Position numbers and translations under genes: made by a program. A stretch of 64,000 nt of DNA, taken from Vicugna vicugna. Taxonomy: Eukaryota. The DNA is taken from NCBI GenBank assembly GCA_013265495.1, contig MU061579.1, positions 1 to 64,000 on the forward strand, given 5' to 3'. Of the stretch, positions 37,956 to 50,189 are shown one piece after another. Every line of letters starts with the position of its first letter. The stretch's first letter is position 1. The notes beneath the pieces were generated by a model. It did no database searches. It had not been told where the DNA came from and saw only the letters and a list, made by a program, of their open reading frames with translations.

Positions 37956-40443
37956 TTGTAGTTCGAACTTACTTCAGTGTATTGTTATTGGAATCTTTGA
38001 ACCTGGACATGGAAGTGTAGCTGTGGCCGTTGGACAGTAAAAAGATTGAATTGGCCTATTCATTGCTTGCAATGTGGCATTGTTCCAAGGATAGGATTTG
38101 CATCTGTACGTTTGGGAAATGATTTATACTCTTTGTACATCATGGCACCTATGGCAGAATAAAATGAGAAAATAAATACATAATCACGTTGAAGGTAAGG
38201 ATAATGCTTCATATGAGTATTTTGATCAGGCTGAGCCGGGGACTAATGTGCAAGTATGTATCTAATATACTTTATAACATTTTAGAAATATTAGCTAAAT
38301 TAGCTCTAACTGGACACTGTTAGGGACAGAATTGTTCTAGGCATTTTTATGACATATTCTTCAGGCCTCAGCCTGACAGGAAAGATCATTTTCAGTGCAT
38401 ATTTAATGTGAGTCAAATCTTCTTGGTCAAAAAATAGAATTTTTATGAAGCATAATACTTTCTTTGATGAACAAACTTTTCACCTACAGCATGTGTCAAA
38501 AAGCTAAAGAGTTTCTTCATAGTACAAAGCGGCCAACACATTAAGGAAATAGAATCAAACCTAGGGAATATCAAATATTAGCTTTATGAAAAAAATAATA
38601 TATAGGAAGAAATAAAGCTGTATTAGTTCCAAGGCAGAGCTAAATCCCACTGAACTTTATTTTTTATTATTAATTATAAAGGCCAAATCCATTATTGGGT
38701 AATACAAATATCATTAAAACTATATAACAGAAACTCATTATTTCTGCCTTTAAGTATACCTATGTTAATATGGCCTTTTCTCTAAGCTTTTCATTTTTCT
38801 TCCCCAAATCACAATACAGTTAAAACTTATTCTTTCACATTTTAGAGTTACTCAAATCCATAACTTTCTGTCATAATGAATACTTTAATTTTGAGTAAAT
38901 TTAATTTTGAGTATAATAAGAATATTGGTCTTCTAATTCAAACACAGGGCACACGTTCAACCGTATTTCCAGCCATTCTCCTCTTCCAGAGCATAGTTCT
39001 TACCACAGGTCTCACTTCAGTTATTTCTGTCCTAGAGAGAGCAGAGACATTCCACCTGGTCAGCCCGAATCCAGGCCACACGCAATAGCACGGTCCCCAT
39101 AGGGAGCATTTACCCCATATCTCATCTCGTATGAATTTGAGAGCTATGTTGAGATAGTTTTACAAATAGTTAAAACTCAAAGCAGAGAGATTATTTTTAG
39201 TCTAAAAGCATAGTTGTGGGGTGAAGTATAATGCTGGATTATTACATTAGATGCTGTAATTTATTTTAAATTAACCTTAGGCATTGAGAAGTAGATCCCT
39301 AGATTAGTTGATATGCAAAAGCATTTCCTTCATCTTCATTGTAGTCCCTAATAATACAAATAAGGCATTCTTTCCTGGTGGTGTACAGTAGAAGACCTCT
39401 CATTCTACTCTGTCTGGACTTGTAACTAGTTAGTCAAATAGTAACTAAATACAAGAATCATAAATAATTAACATGTATGTACCGTAAGCATTTTTACCTG
39501 AAACATACTGAGATAAAATGAAGTCAGTCTTAACTGAAAAAAATAGACATGAATATTAGATATTTTAACTTGAAACATATCGTAGTGTGCAGAATCTGTC
39601 TTAATGATTTCATAATTTACTCACCAGTGTTCTAAGTCCCTTTTCTAAACTGTGGTGATGTCCTCAGGATGTTGAATCCTCCTGGCTAAGTGGGATACTC
39701 TTGACTGTGCTCGTGTTTCCACCAGACAAGTTAAATATTTAGTGAGTCCTTTGTGTTTGTTTTCATATCTGCTTTTGAGCACTTGAATTTAATATTGCAG
39801 TTAGGTAATAAAACTAACTCGGGGCTACCAAGCTGCAAGACTCCAGAGAGATGATCACATAGTAATGTAGTCCTGAATACTGATAAAATATGAGAGGAGC
39901 AGAGATAATATACTTTGAAAACACCCGATAAAGTCAGGTAGTTTAAGAAATATTGCCAAATTAAGTATGGGTGAAACAATTATAAAAGTTCAGAAACTAC
40001 TTAAAAGGTCATACTATCTTTTACCTTGAAAGAAACCGAAACTCAAATTCTAATCCATTATGAAAGAGTTTTCTAATAGATTTAACCCTGAACTGGTGAT
40101 GTGATACATGCTTTTACTATTTCTTTGTAAAGAAAATGGCAGGTGGAATTATTTTAGATGTAAAGGGGCATTATTTCTTTAAGTGACTCTCAAAAGTTTC
40201 ACGACATTTGTGTGGCTGTGCACGTGTGAATGTGAGGAGAGAGAGAGAATGATGGAGTAATTGGGGCAAAATGTAAAACAGTGTGTTCATGCCATGTGTT
40301 CTACCTAGACATCTTATCCTCTTTGCACTGCTAATTCCTATGCAAAGTTAGACTCTGTGGTACCCTGATCTAGGTGAGTACCCCGTTAGATATTCTCGCA
40401 GAACCCTGTATTTCACCTTTGTGACTTTCAGAATTGTTAAGTA

Positions 40444-40934
40444 CAGATGGTCCCTAACTTATGATGGTTCCCTTATTATTTGTTGACTTTATGGTGATTC
40501 AAAAGCAATATACAATCGGGAGAAACCATACATCAAATTTTGATTTCCTCCTGGGCTAGTGAGTGTGGTACCTACTCTACTATGGGTGGAGGTAGTGAGC
40601 CTCAGCTCCCAGTCAGCCAGGCAATCAGGATGGGTAGCAACTGATACCCTTAGCACCATTCTGTATGCAGACAACCATTTTGTTTTTCACTTTCAGTATA
40701 GTATGCAATAAATTATATGAGATATTTCAACACTTTACTCTAAAATAGACTTTGTGTTAGATGATTTTCCCCAACTGTAGGCTAGTAGAAATGTTTTGAA
40801 CATGTTTAAGGTAAGCTAGGCTAAAGCTATGATGTTTACTAGGTTGGGTGTATTAAGTGCATTTTAGGCTTAAGATACTTTCAATTTATGATAGTTTTTT
40901 TAAGGCTAACCCATGGTAACTTGAGGAAGACCTG
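40444..40934 (-). mobile_element. Tigger5/MER47-type DNA transposon inserted in an L2 remnant
   Basis: Ends 'ta|cagatggtccctaacttatgatgg' and 'ccatggtaacttgaggaagacctg'; internal 'gtttaaggtaagctaggctaaagctatgatgtt' typical of MER47. Confidence 0.88.
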
Positions 40935-41679
40935 TGAATTAGTATTTTTACAACTGGTGATCTGTTATCTTTCTTTTTGCTGGATAGATGGTAAGCTCTA
41001 TGAAAAGAGAATTCATGGCTTTAAATTATGTCTTTACCCCTAACACCTAACATGTTGCCAAAGCATGGTAAGCCCTTAAAAACTTGGATTAAATAAATGA
41101 ATGAAGATGGCCAATAGCTCTTTTCTCATTTTTTGTAAAATGTCAGGCTCAGGAATTTGGTAAGATAGAGGCTAAAATATCTTCCTCATCCTCTGTATTC
41201 CTCCACCTCAGAGCATATATGCCCCTGCTGCTCTCCATTAGACATTCAAAAAGTGTTGTTAACAAAAAGCAAAATGGATGGCTAATCCATTTTTTGGGGA
41301 TTGCACTGTGAGCAAATGCACATGGTTAAGAATAAGCACGCCTTTTATCCAGGGCAGGCTTGTTGGATAGCAGAGCTGGATTTGAGGGTTTTATTCACGG
41401 AGGGTAGGTAGAGTGGAGCCAGGTCTCGTTGATGAAGGGATGGGGCTGGCTGAGAAGAAGGCAAAACAGACTATCTCGCTGTGATACAAGACAGAAGTTG
41501 AAAATTCTTTGACTGTATAACTAACTTATTTGGGTTGCTTAGTGAAAATAGTTAGATTTGTTGTCAATATTTTATAGTCAAGAAGGTTAACGTAAAAATC
41601 ACTTTGTCTTTTCTTAAAAAACTAATCTTAAATATTGAATTTATGTTTGTGCTCAGTAACCATTAGTGTAACTAAGGAG

Positions 41680-41792
41680 CTGCCACACACTTTTTAAACA
41701 CATCTGCTCTCCAGTTTGCCAGGTTCCCAACCCTGCTGCCTTAAATCCTCTTACTTGTCTGGCCTATGTTGACATTTGAATTTGTCAGTCCT
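41680..41792. mobile_element. MER45-like hAT-Tip100 fragment
   Basis: 'tgctctccagtttgcca...tctggcctatgttgacatttgaatttg'. Confidence 0.5.
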
Positions 41793-43124
41793 ACTGTGTA
41801 GGAATCTTAAAGAGCCATGATAATAGGAATATTTTGTAAGGTTAAATTTAGGCTGATCAACTTAGTGTGTCACTGTTACAGATTTTGGAATTATTCTACA
41901 TTTTTATGCTACTTATATTTACATTTTAAAGCATCCTTTTTATTTACTGATCATTGAGTATTGTTAAAAGTAGCTCCTTTATTTTTTATTTACTCATATA
42001 TTTATTTCTTTGTGTTTGTTTCTGTATATAGGCTTTATATCTGCCTTCAATTTGAAACCTACATAAATATATACAGTTAATCCTGGTACAGTATTCTGTG
42101 ATTTAGTATGTTTACAGTTGTTAGCCTTGCTAAAATGAACTATTGATTATAGAGCATTACTGCAGTTCATTTTGTGGTGTTTGGGGGACTCAGGGAAATT
42201 TTATTCCACCTTGAGGAATGATGTAATTAAAACTTGGTTGCTGACTGCATTATTACACAAATCATTGTCTCTTTGGGAAGCAGAATTCTGGAACTTTATC
42301 AGAAACAGATATCTATAGGGAAATAGACATTTGAACATTTAAGTAACAATCTTTGATCTTAATTTAAGTTTATTAATAATTCCTTACATTTTGATCAAAG
42401 TTAATATCTTTCAAAGTGTTTTCAGGCTTGTGATAACATTTGATCCTTTCAACAATTTGGATATGTTAGAAAAAATTACTACTATCGTCAGTTCACAGGC
42501 AGAGGAAGAAACCCAGCAGAATTAAACAGTATGTTTCAGGATCAAGATAATATGTTTATAGAGTCAATAATAGAATCCAGTTAAGTCTAATATCCTTTTC
42601 AACCAGGATGGATTGTTTCTATTTATATGGAGTCAAGCTTTAAAATGTCCAGTGAGAATTATGCATAAGCCACATCTCAAAACATTATAAATTTGATAAA
42701 ACAAGGTACTTGCGAATTAAGAAAACATTAGTGGGAGAAAAATACATGTGATATATATTGGAATGTTTTGATTATCCTAAGTGAATAATATATTTAGTTT
42801 TGAGATTCCCAACAATCAAGATAAAAAGAAGAAAAATGTAGGTTATATATTTCTTATTTTCATTTAAAGGGAAGAATATGATATCACCCAGAGAGGCAAT
42901 GATTTCTTCATAGAAATTGAACACTAAATGGAATTAATGTATGAATGGTCTGTATGCGCTATAATCTATTTATAAATTGCATAATTCAGGCGAAATATAA
43001 CTTGTATAAACAAAACAGATGTATTTGTGTTTTTACAAAATGGAAACATTCCAACATGTTTAAAATGCTATTATAATATCCTATTTTTTAGCATCAAATG
43101 GAATTATACGGCAGTTTCTAATTG

Positions 43125-43800
43125 TAATGGTAACATTTATTGACTGTTTGCTGTCTAGTACATTGCTCAGAGTACTTGACATGCACTAAATCATTTAATC
43201 TTCACTGCAGTCTGTGGTATAGGTATTATAGTTCATATTTTACGGAAGGAGAAACTAAAGTGCAAATGTTAAATAACTTTCCCAAGGTCACAGAAGTAGT
43301 GTGCTAGTTAGTTGTATACAATGCAGTGTAGCAGACAGCTCAGATATATCAGTGATTTACACCCACGATGATTGCATGATGGCTTTGTAGGTTGGCTACA
43401 GCCAAAAATCAACTGAGTTTTGCTGGACTAACCTTAGCCAGCTGGACTCTGAGCTTTAGATTTGGTTCAGATCTGCTCTACATGTTTCTCATTTGGGGTC
43501 CCAGTCAAAAGGAGCACTGGTTCCAGTATGCTGCTCTGATGGAGGGCTGATCTCCTTAAGAGTGATGGTACCAACCAGCCATGCCTCTAAAAGCTTTTGT
43601 TCATAACTGCCTTATGCATTCCATGAACAAAATGAGCCATCTACCCAAGCTCAGTGTCCAAGGGACAAGTTTGTATGAACTCCTAAAATAAGACTATGGA
43701 AGATTGATGAGGACAAAGTGAATTTTAACCAATATGGTAGAGCAAGGCTACAAATCTAGATAACCTGATTTTACAGCCAGTACACATTCCACTCCATTCT
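43125..43800 (-). mobile_element. MIR interrupted by an MLT1-type LTR (~43303-43720)
   Basis: MIR 'aacatttattgac...gaaactaaag...aactttcccaaggtcacag' resumes near 43730; intervening 'tgtgctagttagttgtata...tctgctctacatgtttctcatttgggg' is MLT1-like. Confidence 0.65.
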
Positions 43801-44621
43801 GTTGTTTTTCTGTTATATTCTACTAATATGAATAGATTTATTTATATTTAACTATCCCTACATTTATGAATTAAACACCAAATAATAATTTATATTTTAT
43901 TTTTATACTTTAAATATATTGCTGAATTCTATACTAATACTTTCCAACTTCCATATTTATATTCAAAAGGGAGATTGGCCTTTGGTTTTGTTTCTCTATT
44001 TAAAGTTAGCTTTTAGCATCTCAGAGTCATGTTTGCTGTGTAGAATAAATTAGATGGCTCCACATCATTTTATACTATTCTAGGAAAAAAACAAAAATAA
44101 TATGATTGCATGAGAGAAAAAAAATACACGTGAAAGTGTTATGTGAATGTGCTTGGCAATAACCATTAAAAATAACATTTAATGTGTAAGCATTCTTAGA
44201 TTATATTAGATATGGAATACACTCTCATTGTTTTTTTCCTTTCCAAATTAAATAATCCTTCTATTTTAGTTGTCTTACTTGTTCAATTAATTTATAACCT
44301 TATTTTAATGATCCTTTTCATGTGCTAATCCCTGATCATTTCTCTTAAGATGTCTATAATTATCTTTTAGTTGTCTTCCTTTTATGTCTATAAAACTGTA
44401 AAGTTGAACAATTAAAAATTGAGCGTCATTATACCCAATGTGTACACTTATTTTTAACTTCAGCATTTTTGTATTATTGAATACATAATACCATGTATAA
44501 ATACAGCCTTGTGAAATATGAATACATAAACCACAGTTGATCATAACTAGAATTGAAAAAAACATTAAGGAGAAAATGATCAGATTCACCCAACTATTTT
44601 TACTTTTTTTAAAAAGGTGGA

Positions 44622-44790
44622 ATTGGTGTGCTGGAGCTGGGGCATACCAACTCAGGAGAGACTTTTCATGCATATCTTCCTAACGCTGTAATTAGTAACA
44701 TCATGTTGGTAGCTTGAAACTGGACATGGTGGGAGTTTTACATCATGAAAATGGCAAACACTATATAAGTTAATGGACCTCCTGGCCCTC
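44622..44790 (+). mobile_element. MER63-type hAT-Blackjack DNA transposon fragment
   Basis: 'tggtgtgctggagctgg...catgttggtagcttgaaactggacatggtgggagttttacatcatgaaaatggcaaac'. Confidence 0.8.
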
Positions 44791-46914
44791 TTTGAGCTAC
44801 AGCTCTCTGTGTCTGCATGTATATTTATGTATCTTTTGAGTTGTGTAGTATTTTCCTACCTCTGTATGTTGTTACCAAATTAGATTATATAGTCTTTTAA
44901 AGGAGCTCTATTTTGATTGGCTTGGAGATAAATAAGTGCTTCTATTCATTGAATATTACTAAAATTCCCCCAAATTCTGAGAATTAAATTGCTAATACTT
45001 TGAATGTGAAAAAAAAAGTTTTCCTTTGGAAACTAACTCAAATTATTAAGAATTCAGCTTCACATAATTTAGGGAATTCTTTGGCTAACAAGTCTTTTTT
45101 AGTGTCGTTGGTGTAATACAAACAGTTGTCTTCTGACGTATCAATGCCTAGTGAAAAATAAGCATACTTTTATTCCACTTAGGTTGTTTCTAAACTTACG
45201 GAGATTTACTCTTTTTTTTTTAATGTGAACTATATTTTAAAAAATTTTTATTAAATTATATGGAGCTTTACTCTTTGAATAAGCTAGCATTACATCTACT
45301 AGGTTTGAAAAATGTAAATGTATACTTAACCAAATTAAAGCATTATTCTGCAAATTTCTTTCAATTATCATATTTTTTAGTGTGTCAGCTTGAAGATAGT
45401 TTCCAAAGTCTCTGGGTAATTTAAAATCCTGAACTTAAGCTAATTTGAGTAAATTAGTGAATCTTCATTAGCTATATGTATCATTTCTAAGGAAGAGACA
45501 ATACAGAAATATTAAGCAATAAGAATAATTTTAAGTTTATAGACTTTTGCCTTTTATTTTTATATCTTACAGAGAGAGATTTTATATACATTTGTGTCTA
45601 TTAATGAATGTGCTCATTTTTGCCACCTTGAGAAGTTGCACCTTAACAAGGTGTATGGCTGTGAGAAATTCTGAGATATATATTCATAAGCTATGCTCAT
45701 CTGCTACAAAATGCTGCTGTATGTTATGACACACAGTCCACAATCATTCATCTTTTAGTTTTCTCTATGAAGTAAAAGTTACTGTGATTAAAATTCATAG
45801 TTGATATATGTGAGGAGAGTGTCACAGGAGCAATGATAGAGTGGAATAACTGTGTGCAAAGTATGAAGGATGCGTTAAGAAAAAAGAAAGTAGGATTACC
45901 CTAAAGTAAAACAACTCATTGTTCCAGAATGAGAAAGAAGAAAGTATGAGATGAAACCTGAATGCATGTAGATAGTTGTAGAAAGTTTGGGGGAAAGGAA
46001 TTTTATTTGTCTTTGCCAATACTGGCCATGGTTTGATGGGTTTAGCTTTAGTATCAAATATACTGATACAGAATTAAATTTAGTTTTCTCTCTGTTAAAA
46101 TGCCAAAGTTTTCTTGGATATTTTTGGCCTCCTCTTAATAAAAGATAGTGAAACATTTTTCTTTGTCTTCTGAGTAATTTGCCTACAAGGTAAAGATTCT
46201 ACATCTTAGAAGAATTTCAGATGAGAGAACAATGTCGTCTCACTTTTGAAAGAGTTAGATTTATTTACAAACATGGTTCGTCCTACATTTGCTTTTAAAA
46301 ACTATTTTACTGCCACTTTGGTTGAACAGGTAGCCAAGTAATTTTTCTCAGCAATCTGTGATTCTATTTAATTAAGTGTTCAAACCTCCTTAAAACTTTT
46401 GTTATTTTGCCATCCCCAAATCAAATCATAAATGACAAGATTTTTCTGGAAAATCACAAATGATTTGTTTTTACCTTATGAAAAGAGACACACTAAAATA
46501 ATAAAGTTTCTTTGATGTATTACCATTGGTGAGTTGAATTGGAAGCACTATCAATTCAGAAAAATAAAGTAGCCTTTCCTAAGTTAAAGTTGGTGCTGTT
46601 TGTATAAATATTTCAGAAATGGTGTGAAGTTTTTAGTGAACTGTCACTGCCCTTGCTGCCAATGACATCTTTCTGTTTATGAACCCTGATGATGCTTTGT
46701 GTGAAATTAGACAACAGTATAGTGTTATCCTAATTTCAGTTTCTTTTTTAATGTTAACTTGATTGCAACTTTGTTTCTTTAATTTGAATCTAGCATATTC
46801 TAGGCCAGTTATTTTTGATTGGATATTCATATCATTTGCATATAGAGTTTTATTAATATACAGATGTTTAGGACCTATTCCGGACATACTGAATATTTTT
46901 ACTTGATAATTTTG

Positions 46915-47790
46915 ATACACACTTGGTGTATTCTAATGATATACTGGGTATATTCATGTATTATGCCTCCAGTCAGACAAGCACCAAAGCCAGATCCTTT
47001 TCTCTATCATCAAATTAATTTCATTCAACTCCCTAAATCACATGGTTTTGAATACGTTTTAACCATAGTCCTCATGTTTTCAGGGCAGTTAGAATCTTTT
47101 CCTTGAAAACAGTTGCTTGCCACCACTAGCACTAAAATTTACTACTTGGGGAATTTCTTTTTTTCTTCTCTTATGGTGCAGGCATTCACTTCACTGGCAA
47201 GGTTATTCAGCATGTTCAACAGGTGTTTCAAGTTTCACAAAAGTGTCCTTACCACAATCAATTACCTGGAAAAATAGGTGAGCCAGTAGCAGTCTTAAAG
47301 TCAAACTATCCAAACTTTCTGAGGAGTTTAATATGTGTTGACCCAAAGTCTTGCCTTTAGCTCTGATTACCCTTCGACTACCCCTGCTCTGGTCTACTTA
47401 GATAATCTCCTGTAAAATATTACCAAACGGCCCTGCTGGACCTTAGGAAATCTAATCTGATCCATTCGGGTATCCTTATGTGATGCCAAGAGTAAATACC
47501 TTACTCTTAACGTAAATATTGCCAATCATGCCTTTTCTCCATACATCCCACACAGCCCTTAACCGATCTTCAGTTTGGAGATCTAGTTTTCTGGAAAAGA
47601 CGCCAGGCAAAGACCAACCCTGAGTCTCAGTGGAAGGGACCCAAGCTGTCTCCTAACCTTCAACACTTCTGTCAGACCAGAAGGATTGCAACTTTGGGTT
47701 TGTGTTTCACATTCAAAAACATTAAAGGCTAACTCTGAATGGAAATCTACCACAACAGGAAACTTTAAACAAAGGCTCTTTTGAGAGCCC
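46915..47790 (+). pseudogene. Decayed class I ERV pol, integrase region
   Basis: Manual translation across frameshifts: QINFIQLPKSHGFEYVLTIVLMFSGQLESFP (47011), GIHFTGKVIQHVQQVFQVSQKCPYHNQLPGKI (47181), KLSKLSEEFNMC*PKVLPLALITLR (~47303), GDLVFWKRRQAKTNPESQWKGP (47577), LLTFNTSVRPEGLQLWVCVSHSK (~47650). Confidence 0.9.
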
Positions 47791-47957
47791 CCAGAACCAG
47801 ACACCAGTGAAATAGACTGCTTTTCCATGGCCCATCAAACAGGCAGATGGCATCAAGAAGTAATCAGCTTCTACCCAAGGAGCTGGAACAGGATCCTCCA
47901 GGACTCCCCTACTACTGCCATCTTCCCTCTGTCTCCTCTTCGTCATATTTCTTCATC

Positions 47958-48025
47958 TTTTTTTTTTTAATTGAAATATGGTGAGTTACAGTGTGTCATC
48001 TTCTGGTGTATAGCATAATGTCCCA
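47958..48025 (-). mobile_element. Very short artiodactyl L1 3' end inserted in the ERV remnant
   Basis: Poly-T then 'aattgaaatatggtgagttacagtgtgtc...tctggtgtatagcataatg'; flanking atttcttc repeat is a possible TSD. Confidence 0.7.
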
Positions 48026-48039
48026 AATTTCTTCTTTTT

Positions 48040-49085
48040 CATCAACTTCTAACTGAAACCTCCTCTTATTGTTCAATATCCTTGGATTACTTTTTCCCTC
48101 ACTTTCTGTTGACCTCCCCTCCAAAGTGGAGAACAAAACTGCCTCATTCAATTTTCTCAAACTATTGCTCCCACTCTCAATCTCACTGGTCAGTTGCCCC
48201 CAGCCTGACCCACAGAAACAACATTTAATGGCCTTCCTCTCAGCACATAGCAGGGAGATTTTCCTCTTGATGGCCCATATTGGTATATGAACTGCTTCCA
48301 CCTCTTCAAGCTCAGTTTCTTGCCACGTAATAGCTAGACTTTAACTCTTCACATAATGGATGCTTCTCTTGAAATCTCCAAACTCCACGATTCCTCTTCC
48401 CTAGGATCAGATATTGGAAAAACACAGAGGTGCTTTCATTTCTGATAACCACCATTTCTTCCTTTACCACTTCAGTCAGCCTTACAGCCTTCGTTCAGTT
48501 CTGTGCAGACTCTGGCCTCCTGAGGTCAATCCCAAACATTATACACGAGTCATTGCCTGTGGCCCTCCACATGTCTACTTTTGGGGAGGTTAACAAGCCT
48601 TATACCTGCCTTTCCCACACCAGTCCCACACTGTGTCTCCTTGGACTCCTTGACCAGTATTTCCACATAGTAAGTCACCCCACCTGTTGACCATGTGTCC
48701 TTCTGGGTACTTAAATGAACACCTCAAAGGGAAGCAACAATGGGGTACCTGTGAGAAGTCCCTGGAGGGGATCACTGGCTCTCTCTTTATTTGCACTTTA
48801 AAAACCATCATACCATTATGAAAACTAGTTAGAAAATGTAGTTAAAAACCTTGCTACCTGTTTGGCTGGAACCTTTGACACTGTCAAAGAATAGTGATTC
48901 TTGACTTCCGATTTATGAATTGAACCTTTGAACAGGAATGAAGCTTTTATCATAATACTTTATAATAATAAAAGAGTAGAAGCAAATACCTCACTCAGAT
49001 CAAATCACATTACTCTGTTAGACTGGTACTTGGGGGCACTATTTCTGACAAAAAAAAGGATCTATTTTTCAAGGGGTTTTTTTGG
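48040..49085 (+). pseudogene. Decayed class I ERV env (SU and TM remnants)
   Basis: NCLIQFSQTIAPTLNLT (48137), NKPYTCLSHTSPTLCLLGLL (~48590), PGG/ITGSLFICTLKTIIP (48761), LENVVKNLATCLA (48829), RIVILDF (~48888), GTWGHYF (~49025); lies directly downstream of the integrase. Confidence 0.7.
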
Positions 49086-50189
49086 ACTAGTAAGAAGGTC
49101 ACACTCTTGTGTGACCTTCTGAGAGCAGTCTTCACACCATAATTTAAAGTTAATATTAATAGTAATATTCCGTTGTCCTAAATTAGAACAGTTTGAATGT
49201 AAATATCTACAGTTTTGTTATTGTAATCAGATACTGCTTTTTCAGAAGTGAAATTAAGATGCCACAGAAAGCTTGCTGGCCCAAGATGAAAACTATTCAT
49301 GAAGACATTTCTTGAATTTTTAAGCTAACATCCAGTTGATAAAGAATAAAAAAGTATTTCTTTATTTCTGTTCTTGTATAACAAGTGTGTATTAAATTTA
49401 TGTTTATAAACATGACACAGAGAACATCTTCAACAAATAATAAAACCTACTTGAGAAGCAGCATTGCATAGTTTTGAGATCTTTAGTCACAGCAAACAGT
49501 GCTTAATCTGGTTTCTTTATTTTTTAAGATTTTTGAGAGTTTAATTGTTTATAGTTCAGCAGAGGTCAGAGCATTTCTTTGTGGTATGTCTATATTAATG
49601 TGGTAAAGCCTTAGCCCATTTACCCTTTAATGTAGAGGTTTATTTATAAAAGCTTTCAAGCAGAATTGAAGTACCGATAATGTCAGCTTCCTTTTTTCTG
49701 CTCTTCAGGAACAGTGGTAATTCAAGGGAAGGTGGTTTGTTGTAGAACAAGTGAGTGCTTGAAATTAGCACCCGTTTGTAAATTGGAGCTGAGAACTTAA
49801 AGAAACTTCTATGAAGCATCTTTGTAAATCCTATACAGCTCTTCAAGTTATGACTGTTTCGCGCACCGAGAGTGTTGAAGCTTTCTAACAATGTGCAGTC
49901 TGTGTTATCCAGCGCCTGCTGTGACCCTGTCTTCGTGAACACCTAGTCTTTCTCATTCTCTCTCTGCCACAGTCACACCCACACACTTGTAGATTTATGT
50001 TCCCCCTTTCTCTGTTTTCTTCCTTCATCTTTTTCTTTCTCTCTTTTTCTGTAGTTTTGCACTCAAACTTTTATAGATATATTAAGATCAATTTTTCTTT
50101 TAAGTTAATAAAAACATTCAAACTATTATGGTTGATAGAACAATGCAACATAAAAATTAAGAATAAAGCAAAATAACTTATTTTTATGT

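Noticed and set aside
39619..39740. Strong minus-strand donor CTG|GTGAGT
   Set aside because: Upstream sequence has stops in all frames and no clear acceptor; such motifs are expected by chance in 64 kb.
28817..49085. MER34-like LTR as the 5' LTR of the pol-env remnant
   Set aside because: Opposite orientation, 18 kb apart, and the LTR has its own TSD as a solo element.
48040..49085. Functional captured env (syncytin- or HEMO-like gene)
   Set aside because: Many stops, frameshifts and deletions; no intact CxxC, furin site or CX6CC seen.
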